From Patescibacteria group bacterium (GTDB lineage Bacteria > Patescibacteriota > Minisyncoccia > Phycocordibacterales > JAKAEA01): DNA of 64,000 nt. The translations under genes and the position numbers were made by a program. Position 1 is the first letter of the stretch. Each line of letters starts with the position of its first letter. This document shows, piece by piece, positions 28,771 to 38,241 of the stretch. The stretch spans positions 317,857 to 381,856 of the forward strand of contig JAZKCY010000001.1 in NCBI GenBank assembly GCA_040387855.1. Direction: 5' to 3'. The notes beneath the pieces were generated by a model, which was given only the letters and a program-made list of their open reading frames with translations, did not search any database and had not been told where the DNA came from.

Positions 28771-30450
28771 TTACTTTCGCTTAAACATTTTATCAAGTTC
28801 GTTCATGCTCACTTCAATATGAGTAGGACGGCCGTGTGGACAGGTGTATCCGGCTGGGCATGCCAATAATTTCTCAAGTAATCTTTTGCGCTCGTCAGGT
28901 GCAAGGGGATCTCCTGCTTTTACTGCAGTTCGACACGCCATAAATGCTAATGTCCTTTCTGTTGTTCTATCAAGCTTTGATCCTGAATTTCTCCCTTCAC
29001 GCATATCATTAATAAATTCAGAGATTAGTTCTTTATAATTTCTATCTTTAAATACGTCAGGAACTGCACAAAGCTTAAATGTATTTACACCAAACAAACT
29101 AATATCAAAACCAAGCTTTTGGAGTGTCTCAGCATGCTCATCTAAAATTATAGAATCAGAAGCTGGAAGGTTTATAAGTAGTGATTCAGGTAATTCAAAC
29201 ACAGCTCCCGTTGCATGTGAATTTCTAAATGCTTCTTTAAACTGCTCAAATAAAATACGTTCGTGCGCTGCATGTTGATCTACAAGTAAAATGCCATCAG
29301 CTGTTGGCGCTACTAAATATAAATTGTGAAGCTGAGAAATCTCCTGCATATTTTCAGGCTTTAGATTCCATGGAGTTACCATATCTTTAAGCATGTCGGC
29401 AGTAGATCCATCCATGCCTCGTTCTTTCATAAAATCACTACTTATTTTTTTATAGGTTATATTATTATTTTTGAGTGTAGTTACAACAGCTTCTTCGCAC
29501 AATTCTAAGATATTCTTTGGATAGGCAAAAGCAACTTCTTCTTTTCGAGGATGAACATTTACATCAACACTTTCATAGGGAAGCTCAAGAGATACTACAA
29601 ACACCGCATGGGTTCGTGGCTCAATGAGGGATCCAAAACTTTCTGTCACTGTGCGTGAGATAGGAAGGTGAGTAATACTTCTATTATTTACAAATAGATA
29701 TTGGTGAGCTCGTGAAGATCCTGCAAGTTGGGGTTTACCAATGAAGCCATTTAGTCTTCCATACTGAGATTCATGAGTAATTGGCATCATCTGCATTCCA
29801 ATATCATCACCTAATAATGCATGAATCCGTTCTTGTAGATTTTGTTCTTTTGGAACATTTACAATAACGTTCCCATCGTGCTCAAGGATGAAGCCAACTC
29901 GAGGAAATGATAAAGCGATTGTGGTAATAGCATCTACTATGTGACGTAGCTCGGTACGGCTATCTTTCACAAATTTTTTTCGTGCTGGAATTGTTGAGAA
30001 TAAATCTTTAATTTCTATTTCAGTTCCTACTGGGATTCCAGCAGAGCTAAGTGTTGGCTCTTGAAAGGGAATTAGCTCAACCATGTATCCATGCTCAGCA
30101 TCTGTTTTTCTGCTTTTTATAGTCATGTGAGACACAGCAGCAATACTTGAAAGTGCTTCACCTCGAAAACCAAATGATTGAATAGTATCCAAATCTTTTT
30201 CAGTAGTTATTTTACTAGTTGTATGAGGCAGAAAACATATTTCCAAATCTTCTTTGCTCATGCCTTTGCCATCATCTTTTACAACAATCTTTTTTAATCC
30301 GCCTTGTTCTAAGATTATTTGAATATATGTTGCACCTGCATCAAGAGAATTTTCAACTAGTTCTTTAATAGCGGATGCAGGACGATCAACTACTTCACCA
30401 GCAGCAATCTTTGAAACAATATGATGGGGAAGGTGATTGATAGTTTTCAT
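28771..30450 (-). CDS. mutL: DNA mismatch repair protein MutL
   Basis: GHKL ATPase N-terminus INHLPHHIVSKIAAGEVVDRPASAIKELVENSLDAGA. Confidence 0.9.
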   Translation of the reverse strand: MKTINHLPHHIVSKIAAGEVVDRPASAIKELVENSLDAGATYIQIILEQGGLKKIVVKDDGKGMSKEDLEICFLPHTTSKITTEKDLDTIQSFGFRGEALSSIAAVSHMTIKSRKTDAEHGYMVELIPFQEPTLSSAGIPVGTEIEIKDLFSTIPARKKFVKDSRTELRHIVDAITTIALSFPRVGFILEHDGNVIVNVPKEQNLQERIHALLGDDIGMQMMPITHESQYGRLNGFIGKPQLAGSSRAHQYLFVNNRSITHLPISRTVTESFGSLIEPRTHAVFVVSLELPYESVDVNVHPRKEEVAFAYPKNILELCEEAVVTTLKNNNITYKKISSDFMKERGMDGSTADMLKDMVTPWNLKPENMQEISQLHNLYLVAPTADGILLVDQHAAHERILFEQFKEAFRNSHATGAVFELPESLLINLPASDSIILDEHAETLQKLGFDISLFGVNTFKLCAVPDVFKDRNYKELISEFINDMREGRNSGSKLDRTTERTLAFMACRTAVKAGDPLAPDERKRLLEKLLACPAGYTCPHGRPTHIEVSMNELDKMFKRK

Positions 30451-30493
30451 GAAGTAGAATCATTATAATATAACAAAAGTTGCTATATAAAAT

Positions 30494-32986
30494 TTAAGTT
30501 AGCTTTTTTATTACAATACTATCCTGATTTGTTTCATCAAATGTCTTCAAAAGTTCAGTAGCACGAGATGTAACATTTTGTGGAATCCCCGCAAGCTTTG
30601 CAACTGCAATAGCATAACTTCCATGCGCGCCTCCTCTTGTTAATCTATATAAAAATACCGGATTAGAATTTGATTCCTCAATTGCCATGTGATAGTTTTT
30701 TATCTTTTCAGGATAGTGAGATTCCAGTTGTTGGAGCTCGTGATAGTGTGTTGCAAAAAGAGTTTTTGCAGATTTATTATTCTGAGTTACCAAATATTCT
30801 GCAACAGCCCAGGCAATACTGATTCCGTCATAAGTGCTTGTACCTCTTCCAATTTCATCCATAATAATTAAGCTATCTTGAGTGGCATGATGAAGGATAT
30901 ATGCAGTCTCAACCATCTCCACCATAAATGTAGAAAGTCCTCGGCCGATACTATCTGCAGCACCAGAACGTACAAAGATACGATCAACTAATGAAATGGA
31001 TGCACGCTTGGCTGGCACAAAACTCCCCATATGTGCCATAAGAGTAATGAGAGCAACTTGTCGCATGTACACACTCTTACCAGCCATATTTGGGCCTGTG
31101 AGCATTAGAAGCTGATGATCCTGATTATTTAAATTAGTATTGTTTGGAACAAAAGAAGTATCACGCAATTGTTCTACAACTGGATGTCGACCGTCTTCTA
31201 TTTTTAGCTCACTAGGTGAATCAGGATTTCCTGAAGAGGTTATTTCAGGTTTTACGTAGCGCTCATGTTCTGCCGTTGTTGCAAAACTAATAATGCAATC
31301 AAGTTCGGCAACAGCATGAGCAACTTCTTGAATCCTTTTTGTATGACTTAAAATAAAATAGAGCATCTCCAAAAAGAGCGCGTATTCTTTTTTATTAATT
31401 AAATCTTCGCCATGAAGAACTTTGTCTTCATAAGTTTGAAGTTCGTGGGTGATATATCGCTCGGCATTTACGGTAGTCTGCTTTCTTATATAATCTGAGG
31501 GTACTAAATGCGTATTTGATTTACTGATTTCTATGTAATAACCAAACACACTGTTAAATCTAACTTTAAGTGAACCAATACCAGATCGCTCACGCTCGCG
31601 TTGCTCAAGATTTGCAATCCATACTTGGCTATCACGAATGCTGTCGCGGAGGGCATCAAGTTCTGGATTCACTCCCGATTTCATAAGTCCACCTTCACGA
31701 GATTCAATTGGGGGTTCAGGCACCAGCCGTTCATCAATATAATTAGCAACATGAATAATCTCTGGAATTGTTTTTAATTTATCTTGTATAAATGAAGAAG
31801 GGGAACTTATAGAATTTAATAACTCATAAACTTGTGACGCAGAAAAAAGTGTTGATTTTAAGTTTATTAAATCATGTGGAGTACCAATGCCAACAGAAAG
31901 GCGTGAGACTATTCGTTCAATGTCATACATTCGTGCAAGTTCGAGACGCACTTTTTCTCGAAGTGATCGTTCATGCAATACACATTCAACAGCGTTGAGA
32001 CGAGCTTCTATGTGTTTTTTATTTCGTAAAGGCTCACGAATCCATCGGCGAAGGAGACGTCCTCCCATTGCTGTTCGGGTTTCATCAATGCAGTGTACGA
32101 AAGAGCCAATCTCTTCGTTGTCTCTAATAGTTGAAAAAAGTTCAAGATTAGAAATAGTAGAAGCATCGAGAACAACATGCTCATCAGGAGAGTATGTTTT
32201 AAGTGTATTAATATGCCCAATATTATCTTTTTGAGTGTGTGAGAGATATCCAAGTAATGCTCCTGCCACACGTACTGCCATTGGTTTATCATGCAAGCCA
32301 AAGCTTCTCAGTGTCTTAATTGAAAAATGCTTTTTTAATTTTGTTTCAGCTTGTTCTGCATGAGTATCCCATTCAGGGAAATGATAGACATTACTATTTT
32401 TTGTAGAAGTTAAGAGGCCAAGTAACTCTGCATCATTGTAAAGTTCAGAATTTAAAATACACTCTGATGGCATAAATCGCGCGAGCTCATTATTCAAGAT
32501 ATGAGTAAAATTTTCAGAGTAGGGGATTTCAGTTACTTGAAAATCTCCTGTAGATACATCTGCTACGGCAAATGCTATTGTTGATTCATTCTTAGTAATG
32601 CTCATCGTGTAGTTGTGTTCTTTTGCACGCAATGTTTTTTCATCCAAGATTGACCCAGGAGTAACAATTCTTACAACATCTCTTTGTACTATACCTTTCA
32701 AACTTGGATCACTCACTTGTTCACAGATTGCAACCTTGTGTCCCATTTTTACGAGCTTGGCGATGTAACCATCAGCAGCATGAAAGGGAACACCTGCCAT
32801 AGGAATATCTCCATCTTTTCCCCGAGGTCGTCGGGTAAGTACTATTTCCAAAGCTTTTGCTCCAACAATTGCATCATCTAAAAATAATTCATAAAAATCG
32901 CCAAGTCTAAAAAACAGCAAGCAATCTGGATATTGCTGTTTAATATTCATGTACTGTTGCATCATGGGAGTAGAGAACTCACGCAT
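30494..32986 (-). CDS. mutS: DNA mismatch repair protein MutS
   Basis: N-terminal mismatch-binding motif TPMMQQYMNIKQQYPDCLLFFRLGDFYELF, Walker A GPNMAGKS, 830 aa. Confidence 0.9.
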   Translation of the reverse strand: MREFSTPMMQQYMNIKQQYPDCLLFFRLGDFYELFLDDAIVGAKALEIVLTRRPRGKDGDIPMAGVPFHAADGYIAKLVKMGHKVAICEQVSDPSLKGIVQRDVVRIVTPGSILDEKTLRAKEHNYTMSITKNESTIAFAVADVSTGDFQVTEIPYSENFTHILNNELARFMPSECILNSELYNDAELLGLLTSTKNSNVYHFPEWDTHAEQAETKLKKHFSIKTLRSFGLHDKPMAVRVAGALLGYLSHTQKDNIGHINTLKTYSPDEHVVLDASTISNLELFSTIRDNEEIGSFVHCIDETRTAMGGRLLRRWIREPLRNKKHIEARLNAVECVLHERSLREKVRLELARMYDIERIVSRLSVGIGTPHDLINLKSTLFSASQVYELLNSISSPSSFIQDKLKTIPEIIHVANYIDERLVPEPPIESREGGLMKSGVNPELDALRDSIRDSQVWIANLEQRERERSGIGSLKVRFNSVFGYYIEISKSNTHLVPSDYIRKQTTVNAERYITHELQTYEDKVLHGEDLINKKEYALFLEMLYFILSHTKRIQEVAHAVAELDCIISFATTAEHERYVKPEITSSGNPDSPSELKIEDGRHPVVEQLRDTSFVPNNTNLNNQDHQLLMLTGPNMAGKSVYMRQVALITLMAHMGSFVPAKRASISLVDRIFVRSGAADSIGRGLSTFMVEMVETAYILHHATQDSLIIMDEIGRGTSTYDGISIAWAVAEYLVTQNNKSAKTLFATHYHELQQLESHYPEKIKNYHMAIEESNSNPVFLYRLTRGGAHGSYAIAVAKLAGIPQNVTSRATELLKTFDETNQDSIVIKKLT

Positions 32987-33131
32987 ATGTTCATAGTATA
33001 CATGAAATTATGATCAAGATTGCTGCCATTGCTAAAAGGAGTAATCTGTCCTATAGTACTGATCAGGAGGAGTTGCGGTGGACTGCAGCTCTAAGTCCTA
33101 ATGACAGTGGACAATGTGTGGAGTGTCACTC

Positions 33132-33932
33132 ATGGCACGCACGTATATCGAGAGTCTCGAGAATCGAAGCCATCTTTCTGGTACCTTTGAGGTGTCGGGC
33201 CTGGGTACAACGTACGTGGGCAGGATCAAGATCGAGGTTGAGATCGGTACGGTGACGATCACGGGGACCAAAGGCCCCGACGTGATCGACGCCAAGGTCG
33301 TGAGCGGTAAGAACGCAAGCACGCTCGAGGTCAACGGCAAGAAGGTCACTGTTCCTGCCCGCTTCCACTCCTTCATCATGAAGGGGATGCTCGGCAAGGA
33401 CGACATGACGCTCAACACCCGGGGGTTCCTTCGGAACGAGACGTTGACGTTGATCTACGGCGACGACCCCGACAACTACGAGGTGGGGAGTGCCGACACG
33501 ATCCGTGGCTACTTCGACGGCGAAGGCCTCATCGAGGCTGGCGCAGGTGACGACTTCGTTACTGGCATCGGCCAGCCTGCTACCGGCTTCGGTCGCGTCG
33601 TAAACTTCAACGGTGGCTCGGGCAACGACGTCATTCTCGGTACGTCCGGGGACGACATCCTTACCGGTGGCACTGGCAAGAACAAGATCTATGGCCTGGG
33701 TGGCAACGACATCCTGGTCAGCGAAGGTGGCTTCGACGAGTTGTGGGGAGGGGCCGGCGACGACCAGCTCTTCACAACTGCGAACTACCTCACCACGGGC
33801 CCGACCGTTAGTGGGCTCTTCCGTGGAGGTCCTGGGATCGATCTTGTCGTGGTCTACGATGTGATCGATCCGTCGATCCTCGACTATCTCGACACTCGTA
33901 CCGTGGAGGACATCTACTTCACGTTTGGCTAA
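33132..33932 (+). CDS. secreted RTX-like (beta-roll, GGxGxD nonapeptide repeat) protein, paralog 1, high-GC
   Basis: N-terminal YIESLENRSHLS motif; repeats GGSGNDVILGTSGDDILTGGTGKNKIYGLGGNDILVSEGGFDELWGGAGDDQLF; track ORF 33114, ATG at 33132. Confidence 0.55.
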   Translation: MARTYIESLENRSHLSGTFEVSGLGTTYVGRIKIEVEIGTVTITGTKGPDVIDAKVVSGKNASTLEVNGKKVTVPARFHSFIMKGMLGKDDMTLNTRGFLRNETLTLIYGDDPDNYEVGSADTIRGYFDGEGLIEAGAGDDFVTGIGQPATGFGRVVNFNGGSGNDVILGTSGDDILTGGTGKNKIYGLGGNDILVSEGGFDELWGGAGDDQLFTTANYLTTGPTVSGLFRGGPGIDLVVVYDVIDPSILDYLDTRTVEDIYFTFG

Positions 33933-33967
33933 TAACAAGGTCAATAGAACATTAATGTACATCAACA

Positions 33968-34002
33968 CAGCATATCCTCATGAGGGGAGATGCTGTTTTT
34001 TA
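33968..34002 (+). terminator. rho-independent terminator in the AT-rich spacer between RTX-like genes
   Basis: cagcatatcctc-atg-aggggagatgctg followed by ttttttatt. Confidence 0.55.
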
Positions 34003-34161
34003 TTGTCTATAGTAACTATTTATACTACACCATATGCTTGACTTTTAATCTAATATATGCTATTATACACAACGAATGACCCCGCGTGTGCGGAGGTCTA
34101 TGTTCCCAGAGATTTGGCAAGTTTGCCATTCTCAGTCTGATTTCACTCTCGGAGACTCGAA

Positions 34162-35139
34162 ATGTCCAACATCCTCAGCCTCATCGTCGCTTCCGTCAAG
34201 AAGGCCCTCACCCCCGCCAACAACCCGATCGCACAGGCCATCCGGCCCGTCGTGATCGAGAAGATGGAAGGGCGGACCCTCTTCGCGGTCGCGCCGGCCC
34301 CGATCGAGATGCCGTCGATCAGCGTCGACCTGTTCAACGGGTCGATCAACGTCAACGGCACCAGCAAGTCCGACACCGTCAAGGTGTTCGGGCGAGTGGT
34401 CACCAAGACCGTCAACACCGACATGGGACTCGTCTCGTTCCCGGTGCTGAAGGCCGACTTCGTCGTCAACGGCATGTTGTTCTCCTACACGGGGGCCAAC
34501 AGCAGCGAGTGGTTCACCGTGAACACCGGCGCCGGCAACGACGTGGTGGAGGTGAGCATCGTGACCGGAGGTGCCTTCGGGTACTACGCCGGGTTGATCA
34601 ACACGGGCGCCGGTCTCGACAAGGTCCTCCTCAACCAGGCGGACCAGAGCGTGACCGTCGACACCGGCAACGACGCCGACTACGTGAAGGAGCTCGACGA
34701 CCCCAACAAGGCCCGTCACAACATCCTTCTCGGCAGCGGCAACGACGTCGCGGTGGTCGTGGACGACTACGTCGACGCCGGCAGCGGTGACGACAAGGTC
34801 TACGCGGCCCACAGCATCTTCGCCAACCCGAAGGACAACTTCGGTTCCGTGATCTACGCCGGCGACGGCAACGACACGGTCTACGGCGGTACCGGCGATG
34901 ACTTCATCTCCGGTGGCCGCGGCAAGGACACGATGTTCGCCGGGCTCGGGAACGACACGTTCCTGTACAACGCGTACGAGGTGAAGGACCCGGACAACGC
35001 CAACGGCGGCGCCGGTACCGACTCGGCCGTGCAGTACATCGACATCTCGCGTGGCGAGACGTTGGTGAAGTACCCCGGCATCTTCTCGAGCGTCGAGATC
35101 AAGACGTCGTACAAGTTCGACGGCAACAGCAAGGGCTGA
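34162..35139 (+). CDS. secreted RTX-like repeat protein, paralog 2, high-GC
   Basis: N-terminal VIEKMEGRTLFAVAPAP motif; repeats GSGNDVAVV, GSGDDKVYA, GDGNDTVYGGTGDDFISGGRGKDTMFAGLGNDTF. Confidence 0.55.
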   Translation: MSNILSLIVASVKKALTPANNPIAQAIRPVVIEKMEGRTLFAVAPAPIEMPSISVDLFNGSINVNGTSKSDTVKVFGRVVTKTVNTDMGLVSFPVLKADFVVNGMLFSYTGANSSEWFTVNTGAGNDVVEVSIVTGGAFGYYAGLINTGAGLDKVLLNQADQSVTVDTGNDADYVKELDDPNKARHNILLGSGNDVAVVVDDYVDAGSGDDKVYAAHSIFANPKDNFGSVIYAGDGNDTVYGGTGDDFISGGRGKDTMFAGLGNDTFLYNAYEVKDPDNANGGAGTDSAVQYIDISRGETLVKYPGIFSSVEIKTSYKFDGNSKG

Positions 35140-35213
35140 ACAAGCCCCGGCTAGAACGACAACGGACATACCAAGTACCTTAAACTAGTGCGAGTCACAC
35201 GGCTCACAAGCAC

Positions 35214-35249
35214 GACGGCGATCTCTATGAGGTCGCCGTTTACATTTTT
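35214..35249 (+). terminator. rho-independent terminator in AT-rich spacer
   Basis: acggcga-tctctatgagg-tcgccgt followed by ttacattttt. Confidence 0.5.
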
Positions 35250-35307
35250 GGATGATTTTGAATATAAATTACTTGCCATAAATCATATTATATGGTATTT
35301 TCTTTTT

Positions 35308-35333
35308 AGAAAGGCGCCACGTTGTGTGGCGCT
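35308..35333 (+). promoter_or_regulatory. GC-rich hairpin in the AT-rich 5' region of RTX paralog 3, followed by short direct repeats
   Basis: aggcgccac-gttgt-gtggcgctt; then ggtagtac-tgc-ggtagtac and aatctag-aatctag direct repeats before the start codon. Confidence 0.25.
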
Positions 35334-35402
35334 TCGTCCGATAGGAAAGATTAAGGTAGTACTGCGGTAGTACCTCAATCTAGAATCTAGCAGGAGTGTT
35401 CT

Positions 35403-36335
35403 ATGTTTCTCTCCCAGATCAAGCAGCACCTCGTGTGCTCGATGGGTCTCACCAGCCGCGCCCCCAAGCGTGGTTCGGCTCCCAAGCGTCAGGCGCCGCC
35501 GGTTCGTCCGGTCGTCGAAACGCTCGAGAGCCTGCAGTACATGTCGGCGACGATCCATGACGTCAACGCCAACGGCGACGTCGTCGTTGAAGTCACGGGT
35601 GACGTCGGGTTCTCGAAGAGCTACACCGTGGTCACCGCGTCCAACAACGCGGATGGCATGGCGACGCTCACCGTCTCGCACGGGTACTTGAACCCCGTTG
35701 TCACCACATGGTCGGCCTCGGTCGACACCCCGATCTTCGGGGTCCTGATCCAAGGCGACGGCACCAACAACGAGATCTTCCTCAACGGGCAGACGTCGGT
35801 GTTCGGTGGAGCGCTGATCAGCGTGGACAGCGGAGATGGCAACGACCTGATCGGGGCCGCCGTCGACACCTCGGTGATGCTCAACGGTGGTGCCGGCAAC
35901 GACGGGATCATCTGCGGTGGCATGGCTGCCCTCGCCGAGGGCAGCAGCCCGGTTTTCATCTCCGGTGGCAGTGGCAACGACAACCTGCAGGGCAGTCAGG
36001 GCTTCGACGTCATCAACGGCGGCAGCGGCAACGACTACCTGCAGGGTAACACCGGCAACGATCAGCTCTTCGGCGGGTCGGGCAACGACCGGCTGTGGGG
36101 CAACCAGGGGGACGACTCCCTCAACGGCGGTGTCGGCGACGACTACCTGCGCGGCAACAGCGGCAACGACGTCTACTACCTCGACCTGACCTTCAGGTAC
36201 CAGGGCCGTGAGGTGTTGGATGACACCAGCGGCCGCGACTCGATCTACTACGCGAAGGACACCAACTTCAAGGACATGACGATCAAGGGCCGCTTCGAGG
36301 TCTACCGGCTCGTCCCGAATGCGCCCGGCGTTTGA
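35403..36335 (+). CDS. secreted RTX-like repeat protein, paralog 3, high-GC
   Basis: canonical nonapeptides GGSGNDYLQGNTGNDQLFGGSGNDRLWGNQGDDSLNGGVGDDYLRGNSGNDVYY; N-terminal basic region then VVETLESLQYMS. Confidence 0.6.
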   Translation: MFLSQIKQHLVCSMGLTSRAPKRGSAPKRQAPPVRPVVETLESLQYMSATIHDVNANGDVVVEVTGDVGFSKSYTVVTASNNADGMATLTVSHGYLNPVVTTWSASVDTPIFGVLIQGDGTNNEIFLNGQTSVFGGALISVDSGDGNDLIGAAVDTSVMLNGGAGNDGIICGGMAALAEGSSPVFISGGSGNDNLQGSQGFDVINGGSGNDYLQGNTGNDQLFGGSGNDRLWGNQGDDSLNGGVGDDYLRGNSGNDVYYLDLTFRYQGREVLDDTSGRDSIYYAKDTNFKDMTIKGRFEVYRLVPNAPGV

Positions 36336-36419
36336 GCAGTACTGAGCATGAGGCTCGGTCAAAGTGACCCTTGGGAAAGAGGATTTGTATGTACAACAAC
36401 GTGACAGGATGTCACATAA

Positions 36420-36460
36420 AGCAGCGACTTTGGGTAAAACCGGGTCGCTGCTTTCAATTT
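36420..36460 (+). terminator. rho-independent terminator after the RTX array
   Basis: 9-bp stem agcagcgac-tttgggtaaaaccgg-gtcgctgct followed by ttcaattttc. Confidence 0.6.
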
Positions 36461-36532
36461 TCATAAAATCATGGGTTTATAGTATAGTTATTTCTACGTG
36501 TGTTTTTATTTCAATAATTAGTTTTATAAAGT

Positions 36533-37342
36533 ATGGATTCTACAAAAACAGGAAGAGTGGAAGGGAAGATCGCCCTTGTCACAGGTGCTGCTGATGGAAT
36601 TGGAAAAGCTATTGCAACCAAGCTTGCAGCAGAAGGTGCTACAGTAATAGTTGCCGACATTAATGCAGAACTAGGAACTAAAACTGCAGAGGAATTACGT
36701 GGGGTTTTTATGTCTCTTGATGTGAGTAATGAAGGTGCATGGCAAGATGCAGCGAGCTACATAACTAAAAATTACGGGCATCTCAATATTTTAGTAAACA
36801 ATGCCGGTATCATTGGTAAGGGAGCTCAAGATCCTGAAAATGCATCACTTACTGATTGGCAGGTGATTCATAAAATAAATCTCGACAGTGTGTTTCTTGG
36901 GTGCAAATATGCTATTAAGCTTATGAAAGAAAAGGGAGGTTCTATTGTAAATATGTCATCACGATCAGGAATAGTAGGCGTGCCAGGAGCTGCTGCATAT
37001 GCTTCAACAAAAGCTGCTGTACGAAATCATACAAAATCTGTAGCGCTCTATTGTGCACAGCAAGGATATCCTATTCGATGTAACTCAGTCCATCCTGCAT
37101 CTATCCTCACTGCAATGTGGAAAAATATGTTGGGTGAAGGGGAAGCGTATACAGAAAATCTTAAAAAGTTTGCTAAAGATATTCCAATGCAGCGATTTGG
37201 TACTCCAGAGGAAGTAGCTGCTGCTGTTTTATTCTTGGCTTCTGATGAATCATCTTACACAACTGGATCAGAACTCAATGTAGATGGAGGAATTTTGGCC
37301 GGAACGACAACAAGCCCCGATACAGGGCTTGAGAAGAAGTAA
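36533..37342 (+). CDS. short-chain dehydrogenase/reductase (SDR) family oxidoreductase
   Basis: TGAADGIGKAIA (TGxxxGxG), NNAG, catalytic YASTKAAV. Confidence 0.8.
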   Translation: MDSTKTGRVEGKIALVTGAADGIGKAIATKLAAEGATVIVADINAELGTKTAEELRGVFMSLDVSNEGAWQDAASYITKNYGHLNILVNNAGIIGKGAQDPENASLTDWQVIHKINLDSVFLGCKYAIKLMKEKGGSIVNMSSRSGIVGVPGAAAYASTKAAVRNHTKSVALYCAQQGYPIRCNSVHPASILTAMWKNMLGEGEAYTENLKKFAKDIPMQRFGTPEEVAAAVLFLASDESSYTTGSELNVDGGILAGTTTSPDTGLEKK

Positions 37343-37354
37343 AAGAGTTAATTA

Positions 37355-37723
37355 TTATGCAGTAGGTGTAAGACTTTTTTCTACGACATCGAGAAGGTGT
37401 CGACTGCTAAAAGGTTTGGAAACAAAGGTGTTGACGCCATAGGCTTCAATGCCTTTTTCCATATTATGATTTGCCGAAATCATAATAATTGGAATAGCTT
37501 TGGTTTCATCTTTTGATTTAAGTTCTTTAGCAATTTCACGGCCGTCTAAACCAGCAAGCATAACATCCATGAGAATGAGATCAGGCTTAAATGTGTTTAC
37601 AAGTTCGATAGTCTCTTCTCCTTTAAGAGTATATTTGGTTTCGTATCCTGCATTTTTCAACACCATCTCGATTCCTTTGGTAATAGGAAGATCATCATCA
37701 ACCACAAGAATTTTCTTATTCAT
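37355..37723 (-). CDS. stand-alone response-regulator receiver (REC) domain protein
   Basis: KILVVDDD...DLILMDVMLAGLDGREIAKELK, no output domain; the ATG directly follows the TAA of the upstream ORF in the same frame. Confidence 0.8.
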   Translation of the reverse strand: MNKKILVVDDDLPITKGIEMVLKNAGYETKYTLKGEETIELVNTFKPDLILMDVMLAGLDGREIAKELKSKDETKAIPIIMISANHNMEKGIEAYGVNTFVSKPFSSRHLLDVVEKSLTPTA

Positions 37724-38014
37724 TTAATATCCGTATTGATTATATTTAAAACCCTGTATACTTCTATTTTCGCTGGAAGTATCCTTAATGTCAATAAGAC
37801 TCAGTTTTTCTCCACGAGCTGCTTTCTCCCATGACTTTCGGAAAAAGTCTTTTGTTAGTTCGATTGATTTACTTCGACTGTCTGTTTTCTCAAAAAACGT
37901 AGAGAAAACACTATCTGCAGTATCTTCATAGAATCGAAGGAATTTTTCTTGTGTATTTCTCATATATTCAGTATAGATGCTAGGTATGAAGATTAAATGA
38001 AGGGGTCTTAACAA
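37724..38014 (-). CDS. small hypothetical protein, possible sigma-70 region-2-like helical domain
   Basis: probable start at internal MRNTQEKF; segment DSVFSTFFEKTDSRSKSIELTKDFFRKSWEKA weakly resembles ECF sigma region 2 (..AEDLVQETFLKAW..); low confidence. Confidence 0.3.
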   Translation of the reverse strand: MLRPLHLIFIPSIYTEYMRNTQEKFLRFYEDTADSVFSTFFEKTDSRSKSIELTKDFFRKSWEKAARGEKLSLIDIKDTSSENRSIQGFKYNQYGY

Positions 38015-38022
38015 TAAATCTT

Positions 38023-38241
38023 CTAATCAAGTTTTTGTACTTCAGCTCTAAATTCCTCAAGCATTTCAAGCATTTTAGCTTGGGACTTATCAATATCTTC
38101 TAAAATTTCTTTTTGCTGAGGGGTAAGATCTCCTGCCATTCCACCAATGAGCATATCCAAAAAAAGCTTTGATGAGGCAAGGGGAGTTCGTAGCTCATGT
38201 GATAGGTGAGAGAACAATTTTTTTGCTGAAGAATCAGACAT
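38023..38241 (-). CDS. stand-alone HisKA (DHp) dimerisation/phosphoacceptor domain protein, no ATPase domain
   Basis: H-box LSHELRTPLASSKLFLDML in a 72-aa ORF; a HATPase_c domain is absent from every frame downstream. Confidence 0.5.
   Translation of the reverse strand: MSDSSAKKLFSHLSHELRTPLASSKLFLDMLIGGMAGDLTPQQKEILEDIDKSQAKMLEMLEEFRAEVQKLD

Noticed and set aside
33010-33255. Track ORF 33010..33255 (+) upstream of RTX paralog 1
   Set aside because: It straddles the AT-rich to GC-rich boundary and overlaps the RTX gene start in another frame. No motif. Most likely a chance frame.
38023-38241. Interpreting the 72-aa HisKA-only ORF as a pseudogene fragment of a kinase
   Set aside because: This remains possible. 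However, the ORF has a plausible start and an intact H-box, and is tightly packed between intact genes with no HATPase_c remnant in any frame downstream. It was therefore annotated as a stand-alone DHp protein rather than a pseudogene.
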